Below are positions 17,401-25,776 of a stretch of 27,620 nt of DNA, in pieces. Each line of letters opens with the position of its first letter. The first letter of the stretch is position 1. The stretch lies in IMG/VR virus record IMGVR_UViG_2506381017_000002; one strand, 5' to 3'. The stretch comes from a virus (lineage: Duplodnaviria; Heunggongvirae; Uroviricota; Caudoviricetes). The position numbers and the translations under genes were made by a program. Under the pieces are notes generated by a model. It saw only the letters and a program-made list of their open reading frames with translations. It was not told the origin of the DNA and did not search any database.

Positions 17401-18852
17401 ACTATAAATAAAATATTTGATAAATACTCAAATAAGTTTCATATCAATATGCCAGATAATGGTTTCCTAAATGATGTGCAAGGGGCATTCTATCGCAATG
17501 GTATATGGCATATGTATTTCCTGTATAATGCTGACGCAAAATATAACTCAAATGGCGACCAAATAGGTGGAAATGGAACTGAATGGTACCATGTTACCAC
17601 GAAAGATTGGGTGAAATGGAATTATGAAGGTGTCGCAATTCATAAATACAAAACCGCCTGGGGAGACGTTGCTTCTGGAACTATTTATATTGATTTTGAT
17701 AATCGTTTTGGCAAAGGTAAAGACGCAGTTATTGTATTTGCTACAGCCTATGGCGGTGACAAGGGTCAGAATGTAATGGGGTATTACTCAACAGATAACG
17801 GTTACACATTTAGTCCATTGCAGACAGATCCAATTCTTCGACATGTCGGTGGATCAGATACCAATTTCAGAGATCCATACTTATTTAGAATGGGAGATAC
17901 ATGGGTTATATACATGGCTGAGGGAGATAAATTTGGAATTTATACTTCAAACAATCCTCTGTCTGGATATAACTATATTGATGGCTATTTTGCGCCACAC
18001 GCATTGTTAGAATGTCCATCGCTGTTTAAGTTAAATGTAAATGGAAATCAAAATAATCAAAAATGGGTATTATTCTATGGGGGTAATGGTGGAGATGATG
18101 CTACTACGGGAACTTATGCTTCTGTAGGGTATTTAACAGATAAATATGCATTCAAAGCTGAGCAGGAAAATATTCGTGTTGATTATGGTCCCGATTTTTA
18201 CGGTGCAAAAATGTTTTCAAATGAATTTGGCAATAATGATTTCGTATATAGCAATGCATGGATGGGTAATTGGGGATATGCTACCAAAGTTCCAAATGAG
18301 GGCAGAATTGGGGCGATATCTTCAACAAGAAAGATAACATTGAGGCATGACGGAGTAAAGTATTGTTTAAATAATGAAATTGTCGGAGTATTTCCTGATT
18401 ACCTTGATAATCCGATTGTGGGTACAAATCTAAAAACTAATACAGGGCTACCTATGTTTAAAGGCGACAGTTTTTATTTGAAATTTAGAATTAAAGATGT
18501 TCAAAATTTAAATGAAAACATGACGATTAAATTAGTTGGGAATCAATACGATTCTGATATGTTGTTTAACTTTAAGGATAATAATGTTAAAGTTCATCGA
18601 TATAATAGCTCTTTTAATAATAATATCTATGGTAGAGACAGAATATTTAGCACCAATCTTGATAAAGAAAATGATTTGTGGATTGAATTGCTTGTTGACC
18701 GAACTTGTATAGAAATGCGCTTATCTAATGGCGATATTTTTACAATGACAAAATTCCCTGCTGGACGGAGTAGAGAAAATATATGTGTTAGCGCAGATAA
18801 CACAGTCAATTTCGATTATGAATATTATCAAATAATGCCACAAGAGGTGTAG
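14425..18852 (+). CDS. Collagen-like fibre with BppU-like N-terminus and C-terminal GH32 levanase (LevB-like)
   Basis: N-terminal 'YDVELWQG..DQVIYPDEGF' BppU_N-like motif; G-X-Y runs; GH32 motifs ND1017VQ, RD1150P, E1196CP; segments 'GNGTEW', 'EGVAI.KY', 'YSTD.G..F', 'MAEG.K' match B. subtilis LevB as recalled. Confidence 0.85.
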   Translation: MRYLTTYLDDEINFKFGNNGSIIELKAVDDHAVMSFSNEEKLLIRIKNEESYIKTVPVTAERKIIQLPTKLLKDLTVGQYDVELWQGEGDDQVIYPDEGFLRLKIHGNASQIDGSLVSSITLADFEKKFNELAQKIEDKLEKLPDIDGKNISIDVKVVDGNLCINGKDTGINLTAKDGRDGRDGHTPEITVSDAGTLVVDGIDTNKSLIGPRGENGLPGKDGVAGQDGKSAYQVAVDNGFDGTEVEWLRSLHGNDGLDGKSGRDGLPGQSGKSAYEIAIANGFMGTETEWLESLKGKDGRDGNDANVDLSEFLTKETANSEYAKKNDVPLIVYDAENNTLTINGQKVEIPSQVDLSSYVTKTDADKYALKSDVKNIVLDKNERTLTVGKESINIPNNIDLSPYYTKEEIDKKLTDIATNGKVDLTGYLRQSDLTDYAKKSDIPSQPDLTPYAKKSELPKISIDVEKRTLTLNDSVINIPDSVDLTDYAKKSEIPSIVLDTETNTLTINGTKVVIPGNVDLTHYYTKGEIDEKIADIQSGGKIDLSNYVNKQELSDYAKKADIPETPDLTPYETKENADKTYATKKALEDIQLTPGKDGKNGKSAYDLAVEAGFEGSVDEWLQSLHGANGKDGRDGANGHDGAKGQDGQNGKSAYEIAIANGFKGTEEEWLNSLKGRDGSNGASGRNGADGKNGVDGLSAYELAKKNGFQGTEQEWLGSLKGEQGHDGIQGPKGDAGERGPQGFPGKDGSDGKDGAQGPAGANGKDGQSTYQLWLSKGNTGSEEDFLNSLKGAKGDQGAPGKDGAPGVKGDTGERGPQGERGETGLQGPAGPKGDIGNVGPQGPKGDKGDTGPQGPKGNTGDRGPQGVAGKDGHSVWYNRMHYSPNGQLQWFTDLTNASASNPPKVNDIMINADGNIAMITKVNITNDAGEGGGTFNYGPWIGNIKGPTGPQGPQGLNGKDGLSAYEIAKRNGFTGTEKEWSDSLQNQSFNKTTINKIFDKYSNKFHINMPDNGFLNDVQGAFYRNGIWHMYFLYNADAKYNSNGDQIGGNGTEWYHVTTKDWVKWNYEGVAIHKYKTAWGDVASGTIYIDFDNRFGKGKDAVIVFATAYGGDKGQNVMGYYSTDNGYTFSPLQTDPILRHVGGSDTNFRDPYLFRMGDTWVIYMAEGDKFGIYTSNNPLSGYNYIDGYFAPHALLECPSLFKLNVNGNQNNQKWVLFYGGNGGDDATTGTYASVGYLTDKYAFKAEQENIRVDYGPDFYGAKMFSNEFGNNDFVYSNAWMGNWGYATKVPNEGRIGAISSTRKITLRHDGVKYCLNNEIVGVFPDYLDNPIVGTNLKTNTGLPMFKGDSFYLKFRIKDVQNLNENMTIKLVGNQYDSDMLFNFKDNNVKVHRYNSSFNNNIYGRDRIFSTNLDKENDLWIELLVDRTCIEMRLSNGDIFTMTKFPAGRSRENICVSADNTVNFDYEYYQIMPQEV
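15106..17379 (+). repeat. Seven copies of a ~26-aa 'G(K/L/Q)SAY..A..NGF.GTE.EWL.SL.G' module interleaved with collagen G-X-Y tracts
   Basis: Counted in the translation; longest uninterrupted collagen run is 27 triplets at 16795-17040. Confidence 0.85.
15343..16190 (+). repeat. Tandemly duplicated 'LTING..V.IP..VDL..Y.TK / DLT.YAKKSDIP' shaft modules
   Basis: Four '(I/V).D....LT(I/V/L)...I.IP..(V/I)DL' units and two 'YYTK.EID.K..DI...GK.DL..Y' units in the translation. Confidence 0.75.
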
Positions 18853-18856
18853 ATAA

Positions 18857-19039
18857 ATGTCAAAAATAGTATATAAATTAAATACTGAAAATGTATATAT
18901 TTCTGCAAGATAGGTTGAAGATACAAATTCTAAGGTTGTAATTAACGGTGCTGCCAATAATAATTGGGTTATTTACAGTACGGAAGGGTTAGCATTCCAA
19001 GATGGTGGAAACCAATCGAATAAAAATATAGGTATTTAA
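18857..19039 (+). pseudogene. 60-codon ORF interrupted by one in-frame TAG (18911-18913)
   Basis: GAGGTG SD then ATG 18857: MSKIVYKLNTENVYISAR*VEDTNSKVVINGAANNNWVIYSTEGLAFQDGGNQSNKNIGI-TAA; fills the gap exactly up to the terminator. Confidence 0.5.
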
Positions 19040-19046
19040 TAATTTT

Positions 19047-19083
19047 AAACAGTCTTTCTTTACAGGGGGCTGTTTTTATTTTA
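19047..19083 (+). terminator. Rho-independent terminator ending the late/fibre unit
   Basis: AAACAGTCTT...GGGGCTGTTT stem with G-U pairs followed by TTATTTTA. Confidence 0.7.
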
Positions 19084-19202
19084 TTCAGACGGTTTACAGC
19101 GAAAATTACCGTCAACTATATGGTATAAAAAATATATTCTCAATAAATAAAATTTTTATTTAGAAATTTATTGCCATTTGGTAATAAATCAGGAAAGGAT
19201 GT

Positions 19203-19385
19203 TTGAAAATGCTCAAACAATCTTTAATTAAAATTTTCGAGAAAGTAATGGGATATATAGTTGATTACAGTATAGTTATTCTTTATTTGGCAACAATTTG
19301 TTTGATTTGGAAAGCCTTTAATATTCATCCGTTTGTCACTCTTCCAGTCATGGCATATGTAATGAAGTACTTTATAAAATCTTAG
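19203..19385 (+). CDS. Small membrane protein (1-2 TM)
   Basis: AAAGGA SD; start TTG 19203 or ATG 19209; hydrophobic YSIVILYLATICLIW and PFVTLPVMAYVM; has its own terminator. Confidence 0.6.
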   Translation: MKMLKQSLIKIFEKVMGYIVDYSIVILYLATICLIWKAFNIHPFVTLPVMAYVMKYFIKS

Positions 19386-19391
19386 TTTTAT

Positions 19392-19424
19392 AAAACGCTC
19401 AGAAGAGATTCTGGGCGTTTTTTT
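19392..19424 (+). terminator. Rho-independent terminator
   Basis: AAAACGCTCAGAA-GAGA-TTCTGGGCGTTTT followed by TTT. Confidence 0.85.
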
Positions 19425-19457
19425 GCTTAAAAAATTGTTACCGATAGATGCAATTCT

Positions 19458-19487
19458 GTGACTCGCCTACACGGTTTTTGATATAGT
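19458..19487 (+). promoter_or_regulatory. Putative sigmaA promoter of the replication operon
   Basis: GTGACT-18-TATAGT with an extended -10 TG (19479-19480). Confidence 0.35.
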
Positions 19488-19513
19488 AACGAAGGTGAAA
19501 GGGGTTAGAAAGC

Positions 19514-20563
19514 TTGCAAGCAAAGGAATTAAAGGAATACATACTAGCTGATACAAAGAGACTTTACATAATTTTACGCAATGCTGGATTTCATGATTTC
19601 CGGGAGCGAGCCGAAGAAATTAGGTGCGCCTTGCCTAACTACACTAATCCTACGGGTGTCATGATTAAACTAAATAATTCATTGAATACATCGCTATTTG
19701 AATTGGGGTATTCCGGGGATATTTTGGGAGCCCTAGGCGTTGTTCTTGAAAAACAATTTTATGAAGTGATGAGTTATATTCATAGCCTATTGGGTTTGTC
19801 CAGCAATCATGTTGCCAACTCATTTGATCCATTGGCGACTTTAAAAAAGTTGTCGAAAAACTCTAATACTCAACATCGTCGGATAACAAATAATAAGTTA
19901 TACGATAAAGGGGTTTTAAATAAATTTGTCAACGGAATTCATGCATCGGTAATTGAGGAAGGAATTTCCCCGGATATTGCTAGGCGTTTTGATGTTATGT
20001 ACGACCCACACTTAGATAGAGTTGTTTTCCCACACTATGACTGGAATGAATTTGACAAAGTTGTGGGTATTCAAGGGCGCTCAACTATGTCTAAGGCCGA
20101 ACTTGAATTAACAGGGACGCCAAAGTATCTGAATTACATTAAGGATTATTACAAGCTATTAAATCTGTATGGATATAATCAGGCTTATCAAAATATTAAT
20201 GATCATAAAAGGATAATCTTATTTGAGGCTGAAAAGTCAGTATTAAAGGAGTTTACTTTAAGCCGAGGAGATGGGGTGTCAGTTGCCTTAGGTGGACATT
20301 CAATTAGCGAGCAGCAAGTTGATTTTATTCTACGCAAGTTACCTGTCGATGGGGAAGTAATTATTGCATTTGATCATGACGTAATGACTAAGGAACAAGA
20401 GGGAGAAGAATATATTTTGAGTCAAGCTAAGAAGTTCTCTCCGTTCCGCAAAACAAGTTATATATTTGATAGTTACAATATTTTGGGCGAAAAAGACTCG
20501 CCAATAGATAAGGGTAAAGTGATTTGGGATCACTTATTGAAATGGAGGAAATTTATCAGTTGA
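19514..20563 (+). CDS. dnaG: DnaG-type DNA primase (TOPRIM)
   Basis: 'RVVFP..D..VVGIQGR', 'PKYLN', TOPRIM 'ILFEAEKSVL...VALGG...IIAFDHD'; the N-terminal Zn finger looks degenerate. Confidence 0.85.
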   Translation: MQAKELKEYILADTKRLYIILRNAGFHDFRERAEEIRCALPNYTNPTGVMIKLNNSLNTSLFELGYSGDILGALGVVLEKQFYEVMSYIHSLLGLSSNHVANSFDPLATLKKLSKNSNTQHRRITNNKLYDKGVLNKFVNGIHASVIEEGISPDIARRFDVMYDPHLDRVVFPHYDWNEFDKVVGIQGRSTMSKAELELTGTPKYLNYIKDYYKLLNLYGYNQAYQNINDHKRIILFEAEKSVLKEFTLSRGDGVSVALGGHSISEQQVDFILRKLPVDGEVIIAFDHDVMTKEQEGEEYILSQAKKFSPFRKTSYIFDSYNILGEKDSPIDKGKVIWDHLLKWRKFIS

Positions 20564-21750
20564 GATTAAATAAAGAACAAAGAAAAGCTTTAGAAAAGAA
20601 ATACGGGGTAGATAGAATTTGGAGTTTCTCACGCCTTCAAACATTTCACAATTGTATTCAGGAATATGTGCATCTATACCTTCGTCACGATGTGCCACGA
20701 ACAGATAATGTTTACACGATTTTTGGTAGTGAGGTTCATGATATTACCGAAGGGTTAACTAAAAAAGAATTTGATTTAACTTCAGCTAAATCCTTATGGG
20801 ATAACTTCGTAAAACGTTGGGAGAATGACCCCGATGGATTAAGATTTGATACCGAGAAGATTAAACAAGGTTATATTGGAAATCTCGGTCATTACTTTAC
20901 TCATACAAACATTCCGGAAGGAAGTAAATTCCACACAGAATTACCTGTTATGACAAAGGTTGGTGGGACAAAAGAGAAGCCTCATTATGTATTTGTCGGA
21001 TATATCGATACTGAATACATTGACAAAGAAGGCAATGTAGTTTTAGTAGATTATAAGTCTTCTAGTAAGTCTAGTTTCTCTAAATCAAAATTGCCAGAAA
21101 AGTCTATGCAATTAATGCTTTATTCCATTGGTATTCATCAACAGGAGAATATTCCTTATGAAAAAATCAAAGCACGCTTTGACATGATGAAATATGTAAC
21201 TGTCCATTATAAGCAAGAAAATGGTAAATGGAATACCAGTGTGCAAGAACGATCGATTTGGGTTCTAAAAATGCAAAAGAAATTGGAAACCAAGTTAAAG
21301 AAATTAGGTATAGATAAAGAAGAAGCAAGAAAATTGATTCAAATTGCTTCACTTGCGAATAATATGGACAACCTTCCCAAAGAGGTTCAAGACCAATTTT
21401 ATATAACTAATTATTATATTGAGTTAGATATTAATGAAGACGACTGCAATGATTTGTTGAGAAAGATTGAAAAACAATGTGATGAAATCATTGAGTTAGA
21501 ACAATTATCACCAGATGCGCAAGATAGTTTTGCTGATGTGAATCATCATTATAATCCAGATGATTACTACGATAAAAAATTATGTGCATATCACACTTCT
21601 GCTAAGTTCTTGGAACAAGAGAAGACGTTAATTGGTGAACCACAGTCAGAATTTAAGATTGAAGATAAGGGTAATGACGTTTTAGATTTATTTAAATCTG
21701 ACAATAAGGAACGAAATGATGAAATTCTTATGAAAGAACTATTTGCTTAG
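20560..21750 (+). CDS. PD-(D/E)XK RecB/AddB-like exonuclease
   Basis: Start revised to TTG 20560 (GGAGG SD; TTGA overlap with the primase stop), giving 396 aa; 'WSFSRLQTFHNC', 'GSEVH', 'GYID...VDYKSS', 'QLMLY'. Confidence 0.85.
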   Translation: MRLNKEQRKALEKKYGVDRIWSFSRLQTFHNCIQEYVHLYLRHDVPRTDNVYTIFGSEVHDITEGLTKKEFDLTSAKSLWDNFVKRWENDPDGLRFDTEKIKQGYIGNLGHYFTHTNIPEGSKFHTELPVMTKVGGTKEKPHYVFVGYIDTEYIDKEGNVVLVDYKSSSKSSFSKSKLPEKSMQLMLYSIGIHQQENIPYEKIKARFDMMKYVTVHYKQENGKWNTSVQERSIWVLKMQKKLETKLKKLGIDKEEARKLIQIASLANNMDNLPKEVQDQFYITNYYIELDINEDDCNDLLRKIEKQCDEIIELEQLSPDAQDSFADVNHHYNPDDYYDKKLCAYHTSAKFLEQEKTLIGEPQSEFKIEDKGNDVLDLFKSDNKERNDEILMKELFA

Positions 21751-21765
21751 ATTAGAGGTGCTAGT

Positions 21766-22305
21766 TTGAAGAAAATTCATTTAATCAATGTTGATACAAG
21801 CAACGGCGCAAATGAAGAGGCAGGAACATGTGAACTATGCTTCTATACGATGTGGTGTGATAATCCTACATTTATTTTTGAGATGGATGGTGAACGTCTT
21901 GCTATTGATGGATACTGGTGGGATTGGGGCGACTATTCTGAAATATTTATTAATAATACCGTAGACTTTGGATTATGGTTAGACACACAAGAGTTTGCTG
22001 ACGATACTGATTTTAATACCGATTGGTTATTAAATATTGTCGATAAATATAACAGAACTGTAGCTCAGACCGAATACAAAGACATTAACGGTCGTCCAAT
22101 ATATATGGATTCCAAAATTGCTGTGGAATTCGATCATAAACAGATAGAAGCTCATATTGGATACGATGGATATTGTCCAGAGATATCTTTTGTCAATCCA
22201 TTTACTAGTAAATATGAATATTTAGAAAGTAATGATTATGGAAATCTAAAACCTTATAAGGTTATTAGGTTAGAAGAGCACACGAATAATAAGGTTGCAG
22301 CATAA
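21766..22305 (+). CDS. Hypothetical phage protein (GTCELC / WDWGDY N-terminal domain; YopX-like C-terminal motif)
   Basis: GAGGTG SD + TTG; 'YKDINGRPIY..S.I' resembles the YopX 'KDKNG.EIYEGDI' motif. Confidence 0.6.
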   Translation: MKKIHLINVDTSNGANEEAGTCELCFYTMWCDNPTFIFEMDGERLAIDGYWWDWGDYSEIFINNTVDFGLWLDTQEFADDTDFNTDWLLNIVDKYNRTVAQTEYKDINGRPIYMDSKIAVEFDHKQIEAHIGYDGYCPEISFVNPFTSKYEYLESNDYGNLKPYKVIRLEEHTNNKVAA

Positions 22306-22321
22306 ATTAAGGGGTAATTAA

Positions 22322-25300
22322 ATGAGCTACAATTATTGGATTTCTTGCCATCAACATACTCATTTTAGTAACAATTCGTACTTTGAAGTTGTTACAAAAC
22401 CAGAAGATTATATTAAATATGCTGAGGAAAATAATCTTCCCGCGGTATGTATTACTGAGCATGGTGGTGTTCAAGGATGGATTAAAAAGAAAGAATTAGT
22501 TGATGCGGCAGGGCTCAAGTTCATAGATGGAATTGAAGCGTATGTAACAATGAATCTTAATGATAAGAATCGGGGCTATCATACTATCATTATTGCGAAG
22601 AATTATGAGGGGGTTAAAAAAATTAACAAACTTTCCTCCGATAGTTTTAATCGCGAAGATGGGCATTTTTATTATCGCCCCCGGATTTTATTTGATGACT
22701 TAGAAAGTGCTGTTAAGCAAGGAAATATTTATGTAACTACCGCTTGTTTAGCTGGTGCAGTTGCCCAAAATCTTCCAGAGCATAGCGAGAATAAGGATAG
22801 ATCTGAGGAGAAGCAATTGGTTTTAGAAAAATGGTTACAGCTCGCCATTAACTATCCAGACAATGTATTCCTTGAAGTACAACCTCATCATGATAAAGAG
22901 CAGATTAGGCTTAATCATTCGCTACAAAACTATGCAACAACATATGGATTGAAGCTGATTGCTGCAAACGATATTCACTCACTTAATCCAGAACATGATC
23001 GCCTGCGTAAGATTATTAAAAAGGGTAAGAAAAATAGATATGATGACGATGATAAATTTGAATTATGGTGTAAGTCTCGTTCGGAAATGTTTGAAGCATT
23101 TCAAGAACAGGGCGTATTAACGGACAAAGAAATAAATGATGCTCTTGATTTAACTGTTGAAATTGCTAATTCTGTAGAGTCATTCGAATTAGATAAAAGT
23201 CATAAATATCCTCAATTATACACGGACCCAGACAAAGAATTTCAAAAACGTATTAAGCAAGGCTTAGTTGATAGAGGGGTTGATAAACTACCTAAAGATG
23301 AACGAAAGATATATATTGATCGAGTTAACCGTGAATACAAGGTTTATAAGCATAATGGAGCAATTAACTATATGTTGTCCCATCAAGACATCTTAAATGC
23401 AGCCAAGGCTCATGGCGTTCGTTTTGGTTATTCAAGAGGTTCTGTTTCGGGCTCTTTAATAGCATACTTATGTGGTCAAACCGAAATGGATTCCGTGAAA
23501 TTTAACTTAAACTTTGGACGCTTCATGAATCCATCTAGGATTAGTCTCGCAGACATAGATACAGACATGTGGAAACCAGAGCAGCAATGGACACAGCAGT
23601 GGATCTTACAAAATCCAAAATGGCACGCCGCTTCAATTATGACTGCAAATACCTATGGATTAAAAGCCGCGATTAAGGCTATTGCAGACGGAATGGAGCG
23701 ATATGAAGGAAGACCAGCTTATATTCAGTCTATCCGCAACCAGATTGCAGAGGATGGTTTTATTCCTGAAGCTTTATACGAAGAGCATCAACAGTTAATT
23801 GATGACGCCAAGAAGGTTGTTGGAGTTATAGATTCATTTGGTCGTCATGCAGCCGGAATTGTAATTGACACTAATACAATTGACGATGCAATGGGGACTC
23901 AGACCATTTCAGGCTGGGATTATCCTGTTACGCAGGTAGCAATGAAAGAAATTGACCATGTTAATTGGGTTAAGTACGACGTATTAGGACTAGATAATAT
24001 AGGGTTAATCTCACGTACCGCTGAATTAGCGGGGATTCCCTTTCCAACACCCGATAGTGATTTTATAGATTTTAACGATGAAAAGGTATGGAAGTCTATG
24101 AGAAATAATAATATCGGTATTTTTCAATTCGAAGGGGATAGAGCCGGTAAAATCTTAAGAAGTCTATTCTCAAAAGAAACGCTCCAAAATATTAAAGACA
24201 AGGTTCCAAATGTAAAATATATGGATTTATTATCACTTGCCAATGGCGCGATGAGACCGAGCGGAGCAGGATTCATCGATGCAGTTACTCATGGTAAATT
24301 CAAAGACAATGGTCATCCAGCTTTGAATGAGTTTCTAGCTCCAACTCTCGGATATCTCGTCTACCAAGAACAATTGATGGAGTTTCTAGTTAAATTTTGC
24401 GGATTTTCAGAGCCCGAAAGTGATTTAGTTCGGCGGGGCATAGGTAAGAAGGATAAAAGGATTATGGACGAAGAAGTCCCTAAAATAAAGCCAAATTTCG
24501 TTAAAACAATGATAAATGTTTATCAAGATACTCAAGAACACGCTGAAAAAATAGCCGATGACTTCATTCAAGTTTTCATGGACGCAGCTAATTATGGTTT
24601 CTCCATCAATCACTCAATGGCTTATTCTTATATTGGGTATATTTCAACTTGGCTTCGATACTATTATCCTCTTGAATGGTGTACGGCGGCCTTCCAAATC
24701 TGGAAGGGAAAGCAGGATAAACTTAACAAAGTAGTTAGATTTGCAGAGTCTCAACGTATAACACTTAAACCTTTTAAATTCAGAAAATCAAAAAGTGACT
24801 ATTATATGGACTCTCAAAACAATTCTATATATGAGGGAACTGCTAGTATTAAAGGAGTATCAAGCAATGTCGGCAATTACCTATATTTACTACGCGATAA
24901 ACAAAATAAAAACTTTGTAGACTTATTAATGGACATTTATGACAATTCACAAATAGAAGTAAAAAATGTTGGAGATAGTAGCAAGGATGGAACGTATGAA
25001 ATTAAAGAACTTTATAATACGTTTACTGAAGATGAATTAAAAGAAATCGATAAGCTAGTGAAAAATAATTCACTATCGCCGATCAAACAAGAAAGTCCAG
25101 CCATTGCTGTTACGCAAAGGGATTTGCTAAACTTGATCTTGCTGAACTTCTTCTCAGAATATGGTTCGCCGAAGAGGTTAAAATCTGTTTATGAAAAGTT
25201 TCATAAAAATTACAAGCCTAAAAATAAGAGATTCGTTGGTAAAAGTCAAAAATATCACGAATGTTTAGAATATGAAAAGTCGTTAGACGATGATAACTTC

Positions 25301-25639
25301 CCATTAATTACTACGCTACAAAACGAATATGATTTACTAGGTAGATGCCTAACTACTAATAGTAATATTCCATCTAATTATGCTTTTATTACCAGTCTAG
25401 TAGTAAGAAGCAATAAGGTCGTTGTAGGACTGTATTCAATTAAACACGGGAAAGAAATCAAAGCGTTTATTTCTAAAAGACTTTATAACTCAAGTAGTAT
25501 CGCAAAAGGAGATCTCATCAAAGTTGGTGATACTTCAGCTCGACCGAAGACCATTATGCAAGACGGTAAATGGGTGAAGAGCAGGACTGACAAGGACTTA
25601 TGGATCGACGGTTTCGAACATGTTAACAAGGCTAATTAA
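22322..25639 (+). CDS. dnaE: DNA polymerase III alpha subunit (family C, DnaE type)
   Basis: PHP 'HQHTHFS', 'RGSVSGSL', catalytic 'ADIDTD', 'GRHAAG', 'KYDVLGL', 'YQEQ.M', 'NYGFS.NH..AYS'; C-terminal OB fold. Confidence 0.95.
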   Translation: MSYNYWISCHQHTHFSNNSYFEVVTKPEDYIKYAEENNLPAVCITEHGGVQGWIKKKELVDAAGLKFIDGIEAYVTMNLNDKNRGYHTIIIAKNYEGVKKINKLSSDSFNREDGHFYYRPRILFDDLESAVKQGNIYVTTACLAGAVAQNLPEHSENKDRSEEKQLVLEKWLQLAINYPDNVFLEVQPHHDKEQIRLNHSLQNYATTYGLKLIAANDIHSLNPEHDRLRKIIKKGKKNRYDDDDKFELWCKSRSEMFEAFQEQGVLTDKEINDALDLTVEIANSVESFELDKSHKYPQLYTDPDKEFQKRIKQGLVDRGVDKLPKDERKIYIDRVNREYKVYKHNGAINYMLSHQDILNAAKAHGVRFGYSRGSVSGSLIAYLCGQTEMDSVKFNLNFGRFMNPSRISLADIDTDMWKPEQQWTQQWILQNPKWHAASIMTANTYGLKAAIKAIADGMERYEGRPAYIQSIRNQIAEDGFIPEALYEEHQQLIDDAKKVVGVIDSFGRHAAGIVIDTNTIDDAMGTQTISGWDYPVTQVAMKEIDHVNWVKYDVLGLDNIGLISRTAELAGIPFPTPDSDFIDFNDEKVWKSMRNNNIGIFQFEGDRAGKILRSLFSKETLQNIKDKVPNVKYMDLLSLANGAMRPSGAGFIDAVTHGKFKDNGHPALNEFLAPTLGYLVYQEQLMEFLVKFCGFSEPESDLVRRGIGKKDKRIMDEEVPKIKPNFVKTMINVYQDTQEHAEKIADDFIQVFMDAANYGFSINHSMAYSYIGYISTWLRYYYPLEWCTAAFQIWKGKQDKLNKVVRFAESQRITLKPFKFRKSKSDYYMDSQNNSIYEGTASIKGVSSNVGNYLYLLRDKQNKNFVDLLMDIYDNSQIEVKNVGDSSKDGTYEIKELYNTFTEDELKEIDKLVKNNSLSPIKQESPAIAVTQRDLLNLILLNFFSEYGSPKRLKSVYEKFHKNYKPKNKRFVGKSQKYHECLEYEKSLDDDNFPLITTLQNEYDLLGRCLTTNSNIPSNYAFITSLVVRSNKVVVGLYSIKHGKEIKAFISKRLYNSSSIAKGDLIKVGDTSARPKTIMQDGKWVKSRTDKDLWIDGFEHVNKAN

Positions 25640-25776
25640 TACCGTGGGAGGTTAATTAGTTCTTATTGGTGTGCGGATGGAAGCTGCTAAACACATGAAT
25701 CCCAAATAATAAAAACAGGAGCGCCTCTCTTCCATAGTATAAAAATGCTATGTCTTCCCAAGAGAGGCAATTTATA
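25640..25776 (+). promoter_or_regulatory. Candidate structured 5' leader with SD-sequestering hairpin
   Basis: GCCTCTCTT (25723-25731) pairs perfectly with AAGAGAGGC (25760-25768, contains the SD); alternative pairings are also present (see findings). Confidence 0.5.

Noticed and set aside
18911-18913. Genome-wide TAG recoding
   Set aside because: Several genes end in TAG with the next gene starting immediately after (e.g. 4062, 7229, 8411, 9781), and long genes have no internal TAG.
22322-25639. Intein or intron in dnaE, or in the lysin
   Set aside because: Both ORFs are uninterrupted and of expected length, with no splicing or LAGLIDADG motifs seen.
25640-25770. IS200/IS605 end (TnpB omega-RNA) or group II intron start (GTGCG)
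   Set aside because: ACCGTGGGA and GTGCG are short matches only; there is no tnpA/tnpB, reverse transcriptase or domain V nearby. Kept only as an alternative in the finding.
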